From Eledone cirrhosa (taxonomy: Eukaryota), in NCBI GenBank assembly GCA_964016885.1, contig OZ024741.1, positions 180,668,001 through 180,732,000 on the forward strand: a stretch of DNA of 64,000 nucleotides, read 5' to 3'. The notes below the pieces were generated by a model. The model was given only the letters and a program-made list of their open reading frames with translations. It searched no databases and was not told where the DNA came from. Within the stretch, counting starts at the first letter, position 1. The number at the start of each line of letters is the position of its first letter. Both the position numbers and the translations under genes were made by a program. This document shows positions 13,621-26,719 of this stretch, in pieces.

Positions 13621-15008
13621 ATTTTAATCTTACAACATAATATCAGATTTCCATTTAAATTTTAAATTATTTAATGCAACTGAAAGAATGAGATAAATTA
13701 ATGTATAATTACAGTTTTTCATGAATATATTATTGTTGCTAGTAGTATATAAATGCTAAAATAGGTATACTGTAACCCTGCATGCAGTAAGAGGTGACTA
13801 AAACAGGTAGCACCAGGAATGGCATCTGACTGTAAAACATTGCCTCAAAACAGATCCCATAAAGCTTATGATAGGGCCCACAAGGCTAACTCATGCCTCA
13901 GTTGCAAAAAATGACCATTAAACCATTGTTGTCGTGTGTTGTGTACTATATAATTGCGTACAATATAGATTAATAGAATTGTTAGAGCATCACACAAAAT
14001 GCCTTGATTGCATTTGATTTTGGCTTTTTTACATTTTGGGTTCAAATATTGCTGTAGTCAACTTGACCATTTGGTCTTTCATACTTTCATTCACAAGACA
14101 TTAGTCAAGCTAAGACACTTGCCTAAGATGTCATGCAGTGAGACCAAACTTGAAACTGTGGGATTGTAAAGGGAAATTGTCAAACACACAGCCATGCCTG
14201 CACCTGTAACTACAATTTTTAAATTATAAACCTTGTTGCAAACTGTAGACATATTTTATCTTTCCATGGGCAGAACAATATTGTGATTCTATGGAGATAT
14301 AAAAATGTATTCACATTTGTTTACATTTTGTAATGTGGTTTATAAAAAAAAAAAAAATTGAACATATACTTAAATGAAAAATTTTAGATTATAAATATTG
14401 TTTCTCTAATATTGTTTCTTATTGATAGAGGAATTGAGGTAGTATGGAATACAATTGTTGGCAACTCCTCTTACTAAAGTATCAGGTGGTGCTCATGAGG
14501 GTGCTTGGTTATTTCAGCCCCTAGGTTATTTCACTATCACCCATTGATAGTGCCTTAAGTGATTTGACTTGCCTCAAAATTGTTTACAGGAAACACCAGC
14601 ATTCCATGTTGTAGCATGTAGAGGTTCTGTTTTTTCTCTTTTATGTTTGACTCTGTTGTATTGGTTTAGATCTTTTGTAAAACATTTGACCTAAAAACAC
14701 AGTAAAGTGCTAGCATTGAATTTGAACTCATGATTTATAGGAAGCATCGTTCATGAATTCAAATTAAATGCTAGTGTTTTTATTTTTATTGTGTTTCTGA
14801 ATCAACTGTTGGTCTCAACCTCAAGACCATAACCACTTAGCCATTTCACCTTCATTCTATGTCTAGCTACCAAATATAAAAATAGTTTTAATGTCTTCTT
14901 AGTATACTTTCTTACCTATGGAAACTATAACTGAATATATGAGTAAAAAAGGGAGCCTCTATATGGCTGCTCAAACTGCTGGAAATAGTCATCAAATCAT
15001 ACCCTATT

Positions 15009-15186
15009 CATCATCATCATCATCATCATTTTTTACGTCCGCTTTTCCCTGCTTGCAAGGGTGGGACGGGAACTGATTCTGGCTTGATTTCTACAGCTGG
15101 ATGCCCTTCCTAACACCAACCTCATTTACAGTGAGTGCTGGGTGCTTTTTTGCCGTGGCACCTACACGACCACTTTGCAGCGGAAT
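15009..15186 (-). mobile_element. Short RTE-3'UTR-derived non-autonomous element
   Basis: (CAT)n tail and GGATGCCCTTCCTAACACCAACC motif; near-identical to 40547-40724 with the same 5' end. Confidence 0.75.
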
Positions 15187-15214
15187 GATAGGGACCCCAG
15201 TCCCTATCATCTCA

Positions 15215-15365
15215 TTTCTACAGCTGAGTAAACTGGAGCAATGTGAAATAAAGTGCCTTGCTCAAGGAAACAACACATCACCCGGTCTGAGAATTGAACT
15301 CACAACCTTTCGATTGCAAGCCCAATGCTCTAACCACTAAGCCATGTGCCTCCATGTGCCTCCAT
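15215..15365 (-). mobile_element. Second tRNA-derived SINE family (CORE-like body)
   Basis: Minus strand GGCACATGGCTTAGTGGTTAGAG...GAGTTCAATTC then CCTTGAGCAAGGCACTTTA; relatives at ~14110-14200, ~27083-27300, ~38295-38410. Confidence 0.7.
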
Positions 15366-16221
15366 TTGCTTTACAAAAAAGGGGTGGGGAGAGAAGAAAA
15401 TTAACACATTAAAGAATGCAGTCATAAATAAATTGTAACTGAAAAAAGAAGGGATGATCACTGTTGGAACAACACCTGCTGCTACACCTGCTCACTACCC
15501 ACAACCAGGCCAGCACCACCACCCACTGCCAAACCATCATCCACCACCCATTACCATACCACTCACCACCACCAACTTCAACACATCACCCACAACCACC
15601 AACCACCAGGTCACCACCCACTGCCATGCCACATCACCTCTAGTTCATTAATTATCTGGTTTGTCCCAGATTTCAATATCTTAAGTCTGGCCTGGACCAC
15701 ACACAATACATGTCACCACATATAATTGTCCTTATTCATCAAGTTGATGGCAAAAGACAGACAAACAGACAGAATAACCTGCAATCTGTACTGTCACACT
15801 GCAAGCTAGCTTAGGAATTTGAGATGAGTGGGGGTGCATTGGTGGAGGGCTCTCACTTTTATTTCCTTCTTAGCTAACTGTTAGATTATTATTTAGTCAT
15901 TAGGAATTGTTACTAAAAAATAAAGCATTTTAATAACAAATAAATAAGATATATAAAAGATCAATTCAGGCCATTAAGTTTTTCATGGATCCTTTCCCTT
16001 CTACTCCATATATCCCTCCCTCTGATAATAGGGCATTATTTTGGCATTGAGTTATTGCCCTTTCGGTTCTGAGTTCAAATCCCGCTGAGGTTAGCTTTGC
16101 CTCTCATCCTTATGGATCAATAAAATAACTTACCATTAATGCACTGGGGTCAATTTAATCGATTTTCCCCCTCCACCCCAAATTGTTGGCCTTGTGCCTA
16201 AATCAGAAATCATTATTTGAG

Positions 16222-16405
16222 GGCGGTGGATTGGCAGTATCGGTAGAGGGTCGGACGCCATGCTTTCCAGCATAGTTACGTCCCTTTACGATCTGAGTTC
16301 AAATCCCGCCGAGGTTGACTTTGCCTTTCATCCTTACGGGGTCGATAAAATAAAGTACCAGTAATGCACTGGGTAATTGCTGGCCTTGTGCCTAAAGTAG
16401 AAACA
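16222..16405 (+). mobile_element. SINE (1515 family) inserted at the tail of an older SINE (~16040-16220)
   Basis: Full head-to-tail match; TSD ATTATTTGAG. Confidence 0.88.
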
Positions 16406-17207
16406 ATTATTTGAGGGAGATTGACCTGTTGTTTCTAGCAGGATCAGTGACTACATAGAAGCTCCTTTTAGTTCAGGTTAACCCTTTTGATACCAAACCA
16501 TCTGAAACCATTCCTACTTCTACAATACTTATTCTAAAGTGTTTATACCTATCTCTAAATATTCCAACATAATTTTATGTAAGAAACTTTGTTCATTTAT
16601 GTTCTAAATAACAACTAATAATAAGAAAGTTGATTATATTACTAAACCTTTACAAATTTGTGATTATTTTCAAAATTATCAGAAACATAGTAATGAATGG
16701 GTTAAAGTGTATGCATATTTATCCGAAAACTTGTGAAATTATGTTCCAAGCTCCAGCTTAATTATGAAACAATTACCTACATTACTAAGTCTCACCAAAT
16801 TCTTGACTATCTAAAAAATTATTTGAAAATCATAGAGAGTATCTTTCATTAGAAATATGGCAATGAAAGAGTAAAAAAAAAAAAAGGTTGTCTTCTGTAG
16901 CGGCTCCCGAAATGTGTCTCAAAGATGTCAGATGATTGCATCAACAGACGCAGACAGATTACATTTCAATTATGCTGCTGTTACATGATGCCAATATTGA
17001 CTTTTTTCCTTTTTAATGTCAAATGCTAATATAAAGACTGCAAATTCCCTACTGCTAGAATGATAATGTTATACATTTAGAAGATAATTTCTCTAATAAG
17101 AACATACATTTTGGCAGTGAGTTGTAAGCTGAGAGAATGACTGATAAATTGATAAATGTGAGGTATCATCATCATCATTATCATCATCATCGTTTAACGT
17201 CCATTTT

Positions 17208-17261
<54 letters not shown>

Positions 17262-17559
17262 ACATACATACATACATACATACATACATACATACATACA
17301 TACATACATACATACATACATACATACATACATACATACATACATACATAGAGAGAGAAGGAGAGACAGAGACTAGAATTAGAGGCAGGCACCTCAATGC
17401 AGACAGTTAACTAAAATTATTTGTTGTTCGCTATAGATAATTGAAAATTTTCGTAAAATACTCATGGGGTAGGAAAACACTGGACAGAGCTGACTACAGG
17501 GTATCAAACTACACATCTCTCATATTCTTAACATATGTATAGTTAATAAATGAAACTAA

Positions 17560-17680
17560 ACAAAACACAGGAAGCAAAATTATAGTTATATTAGGTTCAC
17601 GCTTGGAGGAAGTGGTGGAGGTTTCAACGATTTGGACAGAAGTCCTTCTTCAGGAAGGTTCAGATAAGGAGAGAACAGAT
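17560..17680 (-). mobile_element. Penelope-like terminus with degenerate hammerhead
   Basis: Minus strand CTGAAGA AGGAC TTCT GTCC AAAT CGTT (GAAA mutated); GCGTGAACCTAA shared with island at 24660-24735. Confidence 0.45.
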
Positions 17681-17694
17681 ATATATGTATATAT

Positions 17695-18372
17695 CATCAT
17701 TGTTGTTTTAACATCCACTTTCCCTGCTAATAAGAGTTGGACAGCTCTGCATAAACCAAGTCAGTACTGAAGCAGAGTCAATGATCTCCCAGACAGGCCA
17801 GGGATTCGTGTCATGCAGCTCCTAGAAATCTGGGAGAGTGGGATTGAAGAAGGGTAGTGATGTTGAGAATAACTGTTAGGGAGTGCTAGTGGCAGTGGCG
17901 CATGGCAGTAGATAAGGTCACATTGTATGCTGCAGGTTGGATCTTCTTCAGCACCTCTGAGCTCCGGCCTTGTGGTCTTTAGTCATTTCTGTTGTGAGGC
18001 TTAGTATTTTTTTTAAAGTCAGTCTTCACAACCTCATCCACGGGTTCCAACAACTGGTGTTTCTCTGCATTTCTTTATGCAGCTGCTATCTTCCATGTGT
18101 ACCACATGTCCATACCAACGCATTCTTCTCTCTTGCACACTATATCCAGTTCCTCTTATGCTAAGTTTTTCTCTCAGTTTGCTTATGCTATGTCACTCAT
18201 GCACACTAACATTACACATCCATCGGAGCTTACTCGACTCATTTCTTTCTGCAGGTCTTCTGCAGTCAAGGCCCATGTTTCATTGTGATGTAGCATTGCA
18301 GTTTGCATAAAGGCATCATACAGTTTACTCTTCACTTTGAGAGAAAAGAATTTTGTTCTTAGCAGTGGTAAT
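17695..18372 (-). mobile_element. Diverged RTE 3' fragment
   Basis: Minus-strand remnants of the LRWMCN...RWYGHV region, homologous to young RTE C-termini. Confidence 0.75.
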
Positions 18373-18391
18373 AGATCTCTATATGTATATT

Positions 18392-18446
<55 letters not shown>

Positions 18447-18451
<5 letters not shown>

Positions 18452-18735
18452 CATCATCATCATCATCACTGTTTTACGTCCATTTTTCCATGCAAGCATG
18501 GGTTAGATGAGTTGTCCTGTTGTGGGCAATGCCAGGTCAGGTGACCATGTCTTGCTCATATAGAACTGATTTTGGCTTGGTTTCTACAGCTGGATGCCCT
18601 TCCTAATGCCAAGCTCATTTACAGTGAGTACTAGGTGCTTTTTGTTGTGACACCTACACAACCACTTTACAGTGTGGGCTGGGTGTTTTTTACTGTGTCA
18701 CCATTACAACCACTTTACAGTGTGGGTTGGGGGCT
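18447..18735 (-). mobile_element. RTE family A 3' UTR fragment abutting (TA)n
   Basis: (TA)n then (CAT)n tail; similar to the reverse complement of 45730-45993. Confidence 0.8.
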
Positions 18736-18883
18736 TCACTGGATGTATACTTCAGCCTAAAATTTAGCTTCGGCATAGCTGTATGCATATATGCATGTGA
18801 ATTTCATATATCTAAAGATATACGGTATGTTTAATGAATAAACATTTTGAAAGCCCAGCTATGAATATCGAAAGACTGATGGC

Positions 18884-18899
18884 CAGCACCATCTAGTGG
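18884..18899 (-). promoter_or_regulatory. CTCF-like binding motif
   Basis: Minus strand CCACTAGATGGTGCTG resembles the CTCF core consensus CCASYAGRKGGCRS, in non-repetitive CpG-retaining DNA. Confidence 0.4.
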
Positions 18900-19214
18900 A
18901 TTACAGCAGTAACAGCGAGGGACAACTATCTGTGCTATTCGGGCTACTGACTTCCATCAGGACAGTGTTTCCCTCTTCTCTGCAGGAATTTGAAAACGGG
19001 CGAAAATATTTATATCTGCTTGTGTAGGTGGGCTGAGCCAACTTATACAGCTTCATAAGCAAATAAGGCTAATGAGACCACCACCTACACAGGCGAATAA
19101 CTTTGTAATTTTTCCACATTTTGTTGTAGTATGCTAAAAAATATGACAACATTTTTTGTTGTAGTCCACCTGAGCACTGTACACAATAATTTTCATAGTT
19201 ATTATTATTTGTTT

Positions 19215-19700
19215 TGTAAGATTCTTGATGTGAAATCATGTGTTTAAACAGACAGATATTGTAATACTTTTAGTGGATCATGTTGCCAATAAAAATATAC
19301 ACACCAGTTGAAGTTCACTTCAGTTTTTTTAGTTAGGTAAATAATCCATTCCTCTGTTAATTTGGTAACCAGATGGTTAAATAGTTGTCATATTTATTTG
19401 TCAAAGTTCTTTCGTCTCACATTCTGTGGCTTTTTCAATGACTATTCTTGCTCCTCTGTATCCCCTCTTCATTTTGATCTGGTTGTATTTACTCAATCTT
19501 GTATTTGTGAGTACCAAGATTAGTAATTGAAAAAGTCATGTTGGAAGAGCTTTGACAATTAAATAACCATTCGGTTATTTAATTGTCATGCCAGGAATGA
19601 GTTAGTTAGCTAACTAACAATAAAACTGAAGTGAAACTCGAGTGGAGTGTGCTTTCATTGGCAACACGACCCTCCAAAGTATAAATATATTACAACAATT
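19215..19700. mobile_element. Aged inverted pair of Penelope-like pLTRs (same family as 32390-32456/35046-35200)
   Basis: ~19270-19445 and ~19520-19700 are imperfect reverse complements; both keep decayed hammerhead remnants (GAAA GAACTT TGAC on minus; GAAGAGCTTTGAC on plus). Confidence 0.55.
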
Positions 19701-20114
19701 TTAGTGTTTAAGATTAATTCCTTAACTGCAAGTAGACTATATGACACAGCCGTTAAATTGTTTGTTTCTATGCAGGGCTCAAAGTCTGTAATCGCTTGGT
19801 CATGTATTTAGTATCATATAATATTTTTGAAGTTATTTTTCAATGAACTAACTAGTGTTAATAAAAGTATATTATGTCGTCTATTTAAATATTTATTTTG
19901 AAATATGTATGTCAACATGACCTTAGCTGTCCAATTCATAGTCATTTCTGAATTTTTTTCTTTTATCAGTTTAATCAACTGCCATTCTGAATGTCTTTCT
20001 CTTTCTTTCTTTCTCCCTCGATCCCTCTCTTCATATTTTACTTTCAATTTGACACTGTCTGCCCATCCTTGATATCTCTTAAAGATCTGCCTGATGATTT
20101 AGGAATGATATACA

Positions 20115-20940
20115 TATTTTAATTTAGGCACAAGGCCAGCATTTTCAGGAGAGGGTGACGTTGATTAAATCAATGCCAGTACTTTACTTCTATATTATTT
20201 TATCGACCCTGGAAGATTGAAAGGCAAAGTTGACCTTAGTAAGATTTAAACTCAGAATGTAAAGAGCTAGAACAAATACTACAATGGATTTTATCCAATG
20301 CTCTACCAATTTTGCTAATCTATCCTAAGATTTTCATAATTTTATATCTGCTTCCTTTACTGGCATGGTGTTGGATGGGCCAACATGGGCAAGGTCAATT
20401 GTTATATGGGGTTGATGTGCTTTTAGATGGACCAGGAGCCTACCTCACACACATGATCCATTTTCACATTGTTTTTAACACCAACCACTTTAGAGTGTAC
20501 TGGGTGGATTTTATTGTGGTACCAACATAAATTATTTTATTTTACTGACCATGGAAGGATGAAAAGCAAAGTTGACCTTGGTGGGATTTGAACTCAGAAA
20601 GTAAAGAGCTGGAGTAAATACTGCTAAGCATTTCTCCGACACTAATAACTCTAATAATTATTATTGTTTCTACTTTTGGCACAATTACCCCAGTGTATTA
20701 CTGGTGCTTTATTTCACTGACCCCATAAAGATGAAAGGCAAAGTTAACCTCGGTAGGATTTGAACTCAGAACGTAACTCTACGCTGCAAAGCATGGTGTC
20801 TGACACTCTACTGATACTGCCAATCCAATAGTTATAATGATGTTAATAATTGTTTCTACGTTTGGCACAAGGCCAGCAATTACCCAGTGCATTACTGGTA
20901 CTTTATTTTATCGACCCCGTAAGGATGAAAGGCAAAGTTT
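20115..20940 (-). mobile_element. Cluster of four SINE copies or fragments (1515 superfamily)
   Basis: Repeated GGCACAAGGCCAGC / GATGAAAGGCAAAG / ATTTGAACTCAG blocks. Confidence 0.8.
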
Positions 20941-21092
20941 AATAATCGTTTCTTTTGTTTGCCATATATATATATATTGTCTGTTGACAATATATATATA
21001 TATATGTAAAAGGTAAACAGAAATAACAACGCAATCGGTACAGTATATGGAAGGAATATATTAGTATAATGCTTGGAATAGCAGGAAGAGGG

Positions 21093-21128
21093 TCTTAACG
21101 TTTCAGACGCTAGTCCTTCATCAGAAGA
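21093..21128 (-). ncRNA. Minimal type I hammerhead ribozyme
   Basis: TCTT-CTGATGA-AGGAC TAGC GTCT-GAAA-CGTT-AAGA; stem I TCTT/AAGA; palindromic AACGTT in place of stem III. Confidence 0.65.
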
Positions 21129-21249
21129 AAGAATGAGAAATTAGAAAGATTGAAGGGACGGGCAGGGCAGAATCGGAAAAAATGTTTTTATATATATATG
21201 TAAAATAAGAGTAGATTAGATAGGTTTACTTCACCATAATTGCTTTATT

Positions 21250-21300
21250 GCATGATATGTATTTCTGTTACATGGCTAAGCATGTGACTTCATCAGATGC
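21250..21300 (-). ncRNA. Type I hammerhead ribozyme
   Basis: GCAT-CTGATGA-A GTCACATG CTTAGC CATGTAAC A-GAAA-TACATA-TC-ATGC; stems I, II and short III can all be drawn. Confidence 0.72.
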
Positions 21301-21396
21301 TCAGGCAATCATAGGTGTAGTTATGAAATCATTGGGATATTTTGCTGGTCATGTATTACTATCCTGTTGTAATGCCAGCAGACACACACATATATA

Positions 21397-21608
21397 CAGG
21401 GTGTCCATAAAGTCTCTTTACAATTAAAAAAAATTAAATTATTACAAAAACAAATGAAAAGACAAATATGTGAAAATTGTTACAAAATGAGGAGTAGATA
21501 TTGAATTTTTTTAAAACTAATTTAATATACCTCTATACATGCACCATTAGTTGCACGAAGCACATCAAGACGGTACTCGATTTCTTGCCATGTTCTTGCG
21601 GTACACTG
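21397..21608. mobile_element. Tc1/mariner-type non-autonomous fragment
   Basis: TA|CAGGGTGTCC ... GGTACACTG|TA termini. Confidence 0.55.
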
Positions 21609-21985
21609 TATATATATATCATTGTCATCATCCTTTTACACACATTTTTCTATGCTTAAAATACGCTGCGATATGCAAACTAGCATGTCCAGTTCAAGAT
21701 ACTACTATAATTGAAATAGTATATAAGCCTTTTGGCTTTGTATTTCCTTGTGGTGGTTAAGATAATATATGTATCTTGTGATTAGAACCCAACTAAGTTC
21801 GAAAATTGAATATTTTTGTCATTTTTTTTCAATTTACAGAGACATATGTATATTTGGCATATTTACATGTCCATATACTGAATGTGTCAATATATATATT
21901 TACATAATCTATGTTGCATTTATACCATATATATATATACAAACATAAATTTACTGTATACTTTGGTTACTTTTCACACAACATT

Positions 21986-23867
21986 ATCATCATCATCATC
22001 ACCATTTTACGTCCGTTCTTCCACGCTAGCATGGGTTAGACGGGTTGTCTTGTTGTGGGCAGTGTCCGGTCGACTGATCTTGTCTTGCTCATACGGGAAC
22101 TGATTTTGGCTTGATTTTTACAGCTGGATGCCCTTCCTAACACCAACCTCATTTCCAGTGAGTGCTGGGTGCTTTTTTACCGTGGCATCTCCATGGCCAC
22201 TTTGCAGTGGGAGGGTGTGGGGGCATATTGTCTATATGCTTCAGCTTCTGCTTGTACCCGTGGGGGGTCGGATCTTCTGTGTGACGCCAGAGGTCACGGT
22301 CATGTGTCATCGTCTTTGAGAGGTGTAATTGGGTAAGATCGGCTTTTATCACCTCATCCCAGGTCTTCTTGGGTCTCCCAACTCTGCGGTTTCCATCGAC
22401 TTCTAGTGCTCTGCACCTTTTTATGCAGCTGTCATCCTTCGTACACATTACATGTCCATACCAACACAACCGCCTCTCCTGCACACAGCATTTGATTCCT
22501 CTTATGCTCAGTCTCTCTCTCAATTCCTTTCTGCTTTGCCTTTCGCGTATATTACTATTACACATCCATCGGAGCATGCAGGCTTCATTTCTTTCTAATC
22601 TACGCAAGTCTTCCACAGAGACAGCGCCCAGGTCTCACTACCATGTAACATTGCTGTTCGTATACACGCATCATACAGTCTGCCTTTCATTTTGAGGGAA
22701 AAGCCTTTTGCAGCTAGCAGTGGCAGTAGCTCCCTGAACTTCTTCCATCCCCTTCTTACCCTAGTTATTGTACTTTCCGAACACCCACCTCCGCTGCTAA
22801 TTCGGTCACCTAGGTAGTAGAAGCTGTCTACTGTTTCTACAGAGCCCTCCCAGAGTTTGGTGGTACTTGTTTCCTGAGCCTGATTGCTGCTTGCTGTCCC
22901 AGCACAGCTGCTACATGTGAAGCCTACATTCTTAGTTAAGATTCCTGAGATCCCGCTACATCTCTTGTGTACCCATTGTTTGCATTTGGGACAGAGAATG
23001 GAGTTCCTACCTACACCTTTCCTACATACTGAGCAAGGCCATTTCCCTGAGGGGATCTGGGTTCTGTTTTCTCGTCTACTTACAAGAACCTTAGTCTTTG
23101 TCAGGTTGACTTTGAGACCCTTTCTTTCTAGTCCAAATTTGGAATTTCTTCTCTAGTTCTACCATAGATTCAGCTATAAGTGCGAGGTCATCAGCATACA
23201 GGACTTCCCATCGGCATCCGGTCTTAAACTTCTCCGTTATTGCCTGCAGGACTATGATGAACAGGAGAGGGCTAAGAACAGAGCCCTGGTGGGGCCAACC
23301 TGTACGCTAAATTTTTCGCTATAGTCATTACTAATCCTAACTTTGCTGACTGCTCCCCTATACATGGCTTGTACAGCTTTCACAAGCCATTCATCTACTC
23401 CTAGTTTTCTAAGAGCCCACCAGATTATAGCACAGGGAACTCTGTCAAAGGCTTTCTCGAGATCGACGAATGCCAGGTAGAGCGGCTTACTTTTAGCTAG
23501 GTACTTTTCCTGTAACTGCCTCACAAGGAAGAGGCATCAGTGGTGCCTCTTCCTGGCACAAACCCAAATTGTATCTCATCTAGTTTCACCTGGTCCCTAA
23601 TCAACTGTGCTATAACTCTTTCTGTTACTTTCATGACCTGGTCCATCAGCTTTATACCTCTATAGTTTCCTCTATCTAGTGCATCACCTTTACCTATGTA
23701 GCAGTTGAAAATGATGCTACTGCACCAATCCTTTGGTATGACACCTAGTATTACCTGGTTAACAATACGTGTGGTTATGGTGTGACCTACCGACCCAGAT
23801 GCCTTCAGCATCTTGGGAGCTATACCCGATGGACCGGTTGCCTTCCCCGTCTTCATATCTTTGATTG

Positions 23868-23870
<3 letters not shown>
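21986..23870 (-). mobile_element. 5'-truncated RTE LINE, family A, frameshifted
   Basis: ORF pieces 23521-23856, 23252-23524 and 22149-22616 match the 42570-45993 protein; (CAT)n tail at ~21986; 5' end abuts (TA)n. Confidence 0.93.
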
Positions 23871-23911
<41 letters not shown>

Positions 23912-24078
23912 TCATAGCAAGGTACAGCATGGCCAATTCTTGCCAGACTTGTGGACTACCCATCTAACCCATGCAAGCATGGAAAAATGGATGCTAAACG
24001 GGGATGAAAATGATGATGATATATATATATTTATTTCTGCAAATAGATAGAAATTTACCTAATTTTATAACACACACA

Positions 24079-24110
<32 letters not shown>

Positions 24111-24150
24111 CGATATTAACAAATGGAAACTATATTTATAAAACCATATT

Positions 24151-24215
24151 TATTCCATTATACATATTTCAAGGACACCAAGTTAAATTATGGTGTGCTT
24201 TCATCAGACAAAATA
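24151..24215 (-). ncRNA. Type I hammerhead ribozyme (left-arm copy)
   Basis: Reverse-complement copy of 24444-24508. Confidence 0.65.
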
Positions 24216-24443
24216 TAATATAGATCAGTTTTATAAATAAATATTGACATACCCTTAAAAAATGCAACCATTACTGTTGGAAGCTCCCGGATAGTGGAGT
24301 TGTTTACTTATATTATTATTAGTATTGGATATTTTTATTTTTAAAATAAGCCTTTGGGTTACAGAGAAAGAAAAAGGAGAGAGAAAAATGGTTGCATTTT
24401 TTAAGGGTTTGTCAATATTTATTTATAAAACTGATCTATATTA

Positions 24444-24508
24444 TATTTTGTCTGATGAAAGCACACCATAATTTAACTTGGTGTCCTTGAAATATGTATA
24501 ATGAAATA
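24444..24508 (+). ncRNA. Type I hammerhead ribozyme
   Basis: TATTTTGT-CTGATGA-AAG C ACACCA..TGGTGT C CTT-GAAA-TATGTA-TA-ATGAAATA; 8-bp stem I with two wobbles. Confidence 0.7.
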
Positions 24509-24731
24509 AATATGGTTTTATAAATATAGTTTCCATTTGTTAATATCGTATGTTTACTCTAAATACTTGTTGAGTGCTTTATATCAGTTATAAAAATATT
24601 TGCTTGTTGTATCCCAACAATTTAAATAGAACTTTTGCATATATATATATATATATGTTTTTTGTCCCCAGAGCGTGAACCTAATAGAGCTTTATTTGTC
24701 TGCCTCTCTGTTTTGTTCCCGTCTAAATTTG

Positions 24732-24781
<50 letters not shown>

Positions 24782-25879
24782 TGTTTGAAAAATCATGTGT
24801 ACATGAATACCAGTGAAAATGCTTCAGAATTTTTCTTCAGAGACTATGCAGTTAGTTTCTAGTTTCTTCTCAATAACTTCTCTGTACAGTTGTCTTTAAA
24901 TGCTGTAGTAATATCATGAATATTATTAAGAAATAATAAAAAAAAAAAGGTTTAAAGCCAAAACCAAAGAAAAAAAAAACAAGAATATAAGACTGCAATG
25001 AAAATAGGAAAAGAAAAAATGTTTTAAAAATGGTGGTGGTGTTTATTATTTAGAATAGCTCTGTACCCCTCTCTCTTTCTGTTTTGTGCATATTAAATTG
25101 GTATTTCACTGTGGATGGTGGTGCCCCCCTACTCCTTCCTCCTTCTTCTTCTTCTTCAAATTGTTTTCCTCATTCCACTTTTACTGCATATTCTACTTGA
25201 TCCTTCTCTTCTTTCACTCTTAAATCCTTTTTTCTTTTCTTTCTTTCCATTTTTCTGTTTTCTTCTTCATATTTCTTTTATTTTTTGTTTTTCCTCTTCT
25301 TTCTTTCAAACAATTTCTTTTTATCTTTATTTTGTTCTCTTATTGCATGCTTCCAGCCAAAACACACATATATAGTTATACATTCACCCATACATACATA
25401 TAAATGCATTCATTTCTTCATTCATTCATGTCTTTGGTTTCATTATAATTGTCATTACCATTATTTTCATTTTATGTCTGCTTTCTATGTTACAGTCCAA
25501 GTAAATTCTTTTTTGGTGTAACTGTTCTCCTAAATGAGTTGGTGGTCACACTACTTGTATGTTCCATTTTTTGGCATAGTTTATACAGCTGTATGCTCAC
25601 CAATTTACAGACTATGCTGGGTCTGTTTTTTCATCAGAGTACCTACCATAAATATTTTTATGTCATTTAGTATTGTCTCCATTTAATTGTCAACCACTTG
25701 CCAGAGTGTACTGGGTGCATTTTATCATGGCAATAACACTAGAAATGTCATGTTCTCGACCCCCCCCCCCCACCAAAAAACAAACAACTAAAGAGCTCTC
25801 TTTTTGCTTCACTACCTCTCTTTGATCATCTACCATAATAGCTTGTATTACATTAAAAATGTGACACTCTTCCCTTTGA

Positions 25880-26582
25880 TCACCCTTGTGCATCTTTTAC
25901 ATACAAAGCCTTCTTTTCCTGTTAGTCTACCTAATATCCCATTACATCTCTTGGGTATCCAAAATTTAGATTGAGTACATCGTATAGAGTTTATGCTTAC
26001 TCCTTTTCTACATATTGAGCAGGGCTACCTCCCTGGGGGAATCTGGGTCCTATCTTCTTTCCTACTTATGAGCATCTTATTCCTGGCTAAGTTTACTCTG
26101 AGACTTTTTGATTCCAAATTCTGTTTCCGTAGTTGGAACTTATTCTTTAGTTCTTTTATGAATTCAGCAATAAAAACCAGATCATCCGCATAGAGAAGTT
26201 CCCTTTTATGCCCAGAAAACTATGATGAACAGCAGTGAGCTAAGAACTGAACCCTGTACTTTGAATTCCTCACTAAACTCACTTCCTACTCTTTCTTTGC
26301 TGACAGCTCCTAGGTAAATGTCTTGCACCTAATTTCTTTAAGGGCCACCAGATAATAGATCAAGGTACTCTGTCAAAGGCTTTTTCTAGATCAACAAAAG
26401 CTAAATATAGCAGCTTATTCTTGGCTAGGAACTTCTATTGTAGTTGCCTCACTAAAAAGAGGGCAGCTGTAGTACTTTTTCCAGACATGAAACCAAACTG
26501 CATCGTGTCTAATTTGATTCTTTCTCTAATTAACTGTGTTATAACTCTTTCTGTTACCTGGTCCATTAGTTTTATTCCTATA
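25880..26582 (-). mobile_element. Decayed RTE RT fragment with 5' end at (TA)n
   Basis: [30 protein letters not shown]; YADD remnant. Confidence 0.85.
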
Positions 26583-26608
26583 TATATGCATATATAAATG
26601 TATGCATA

Positions 26609-26719
<111 letters not shown>

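Larger units (their letters stand above)
24109..24638 (+). mobile_element. Fold-back Penelope-like terminus in (TA)n: ~164-bp inverted arms plus tail
   Basis: 24109-24272 is a near-perfect reverse complement of 24387-24551; tail 24552-24638 shared with ~57560-57650 and ~51795-51855. Confidence 0.8.

Noticed and set aside
24790-24905. Possible minus-strand exon after ACTACAG
   Set aside because: Stops in all three frames and a weak donor
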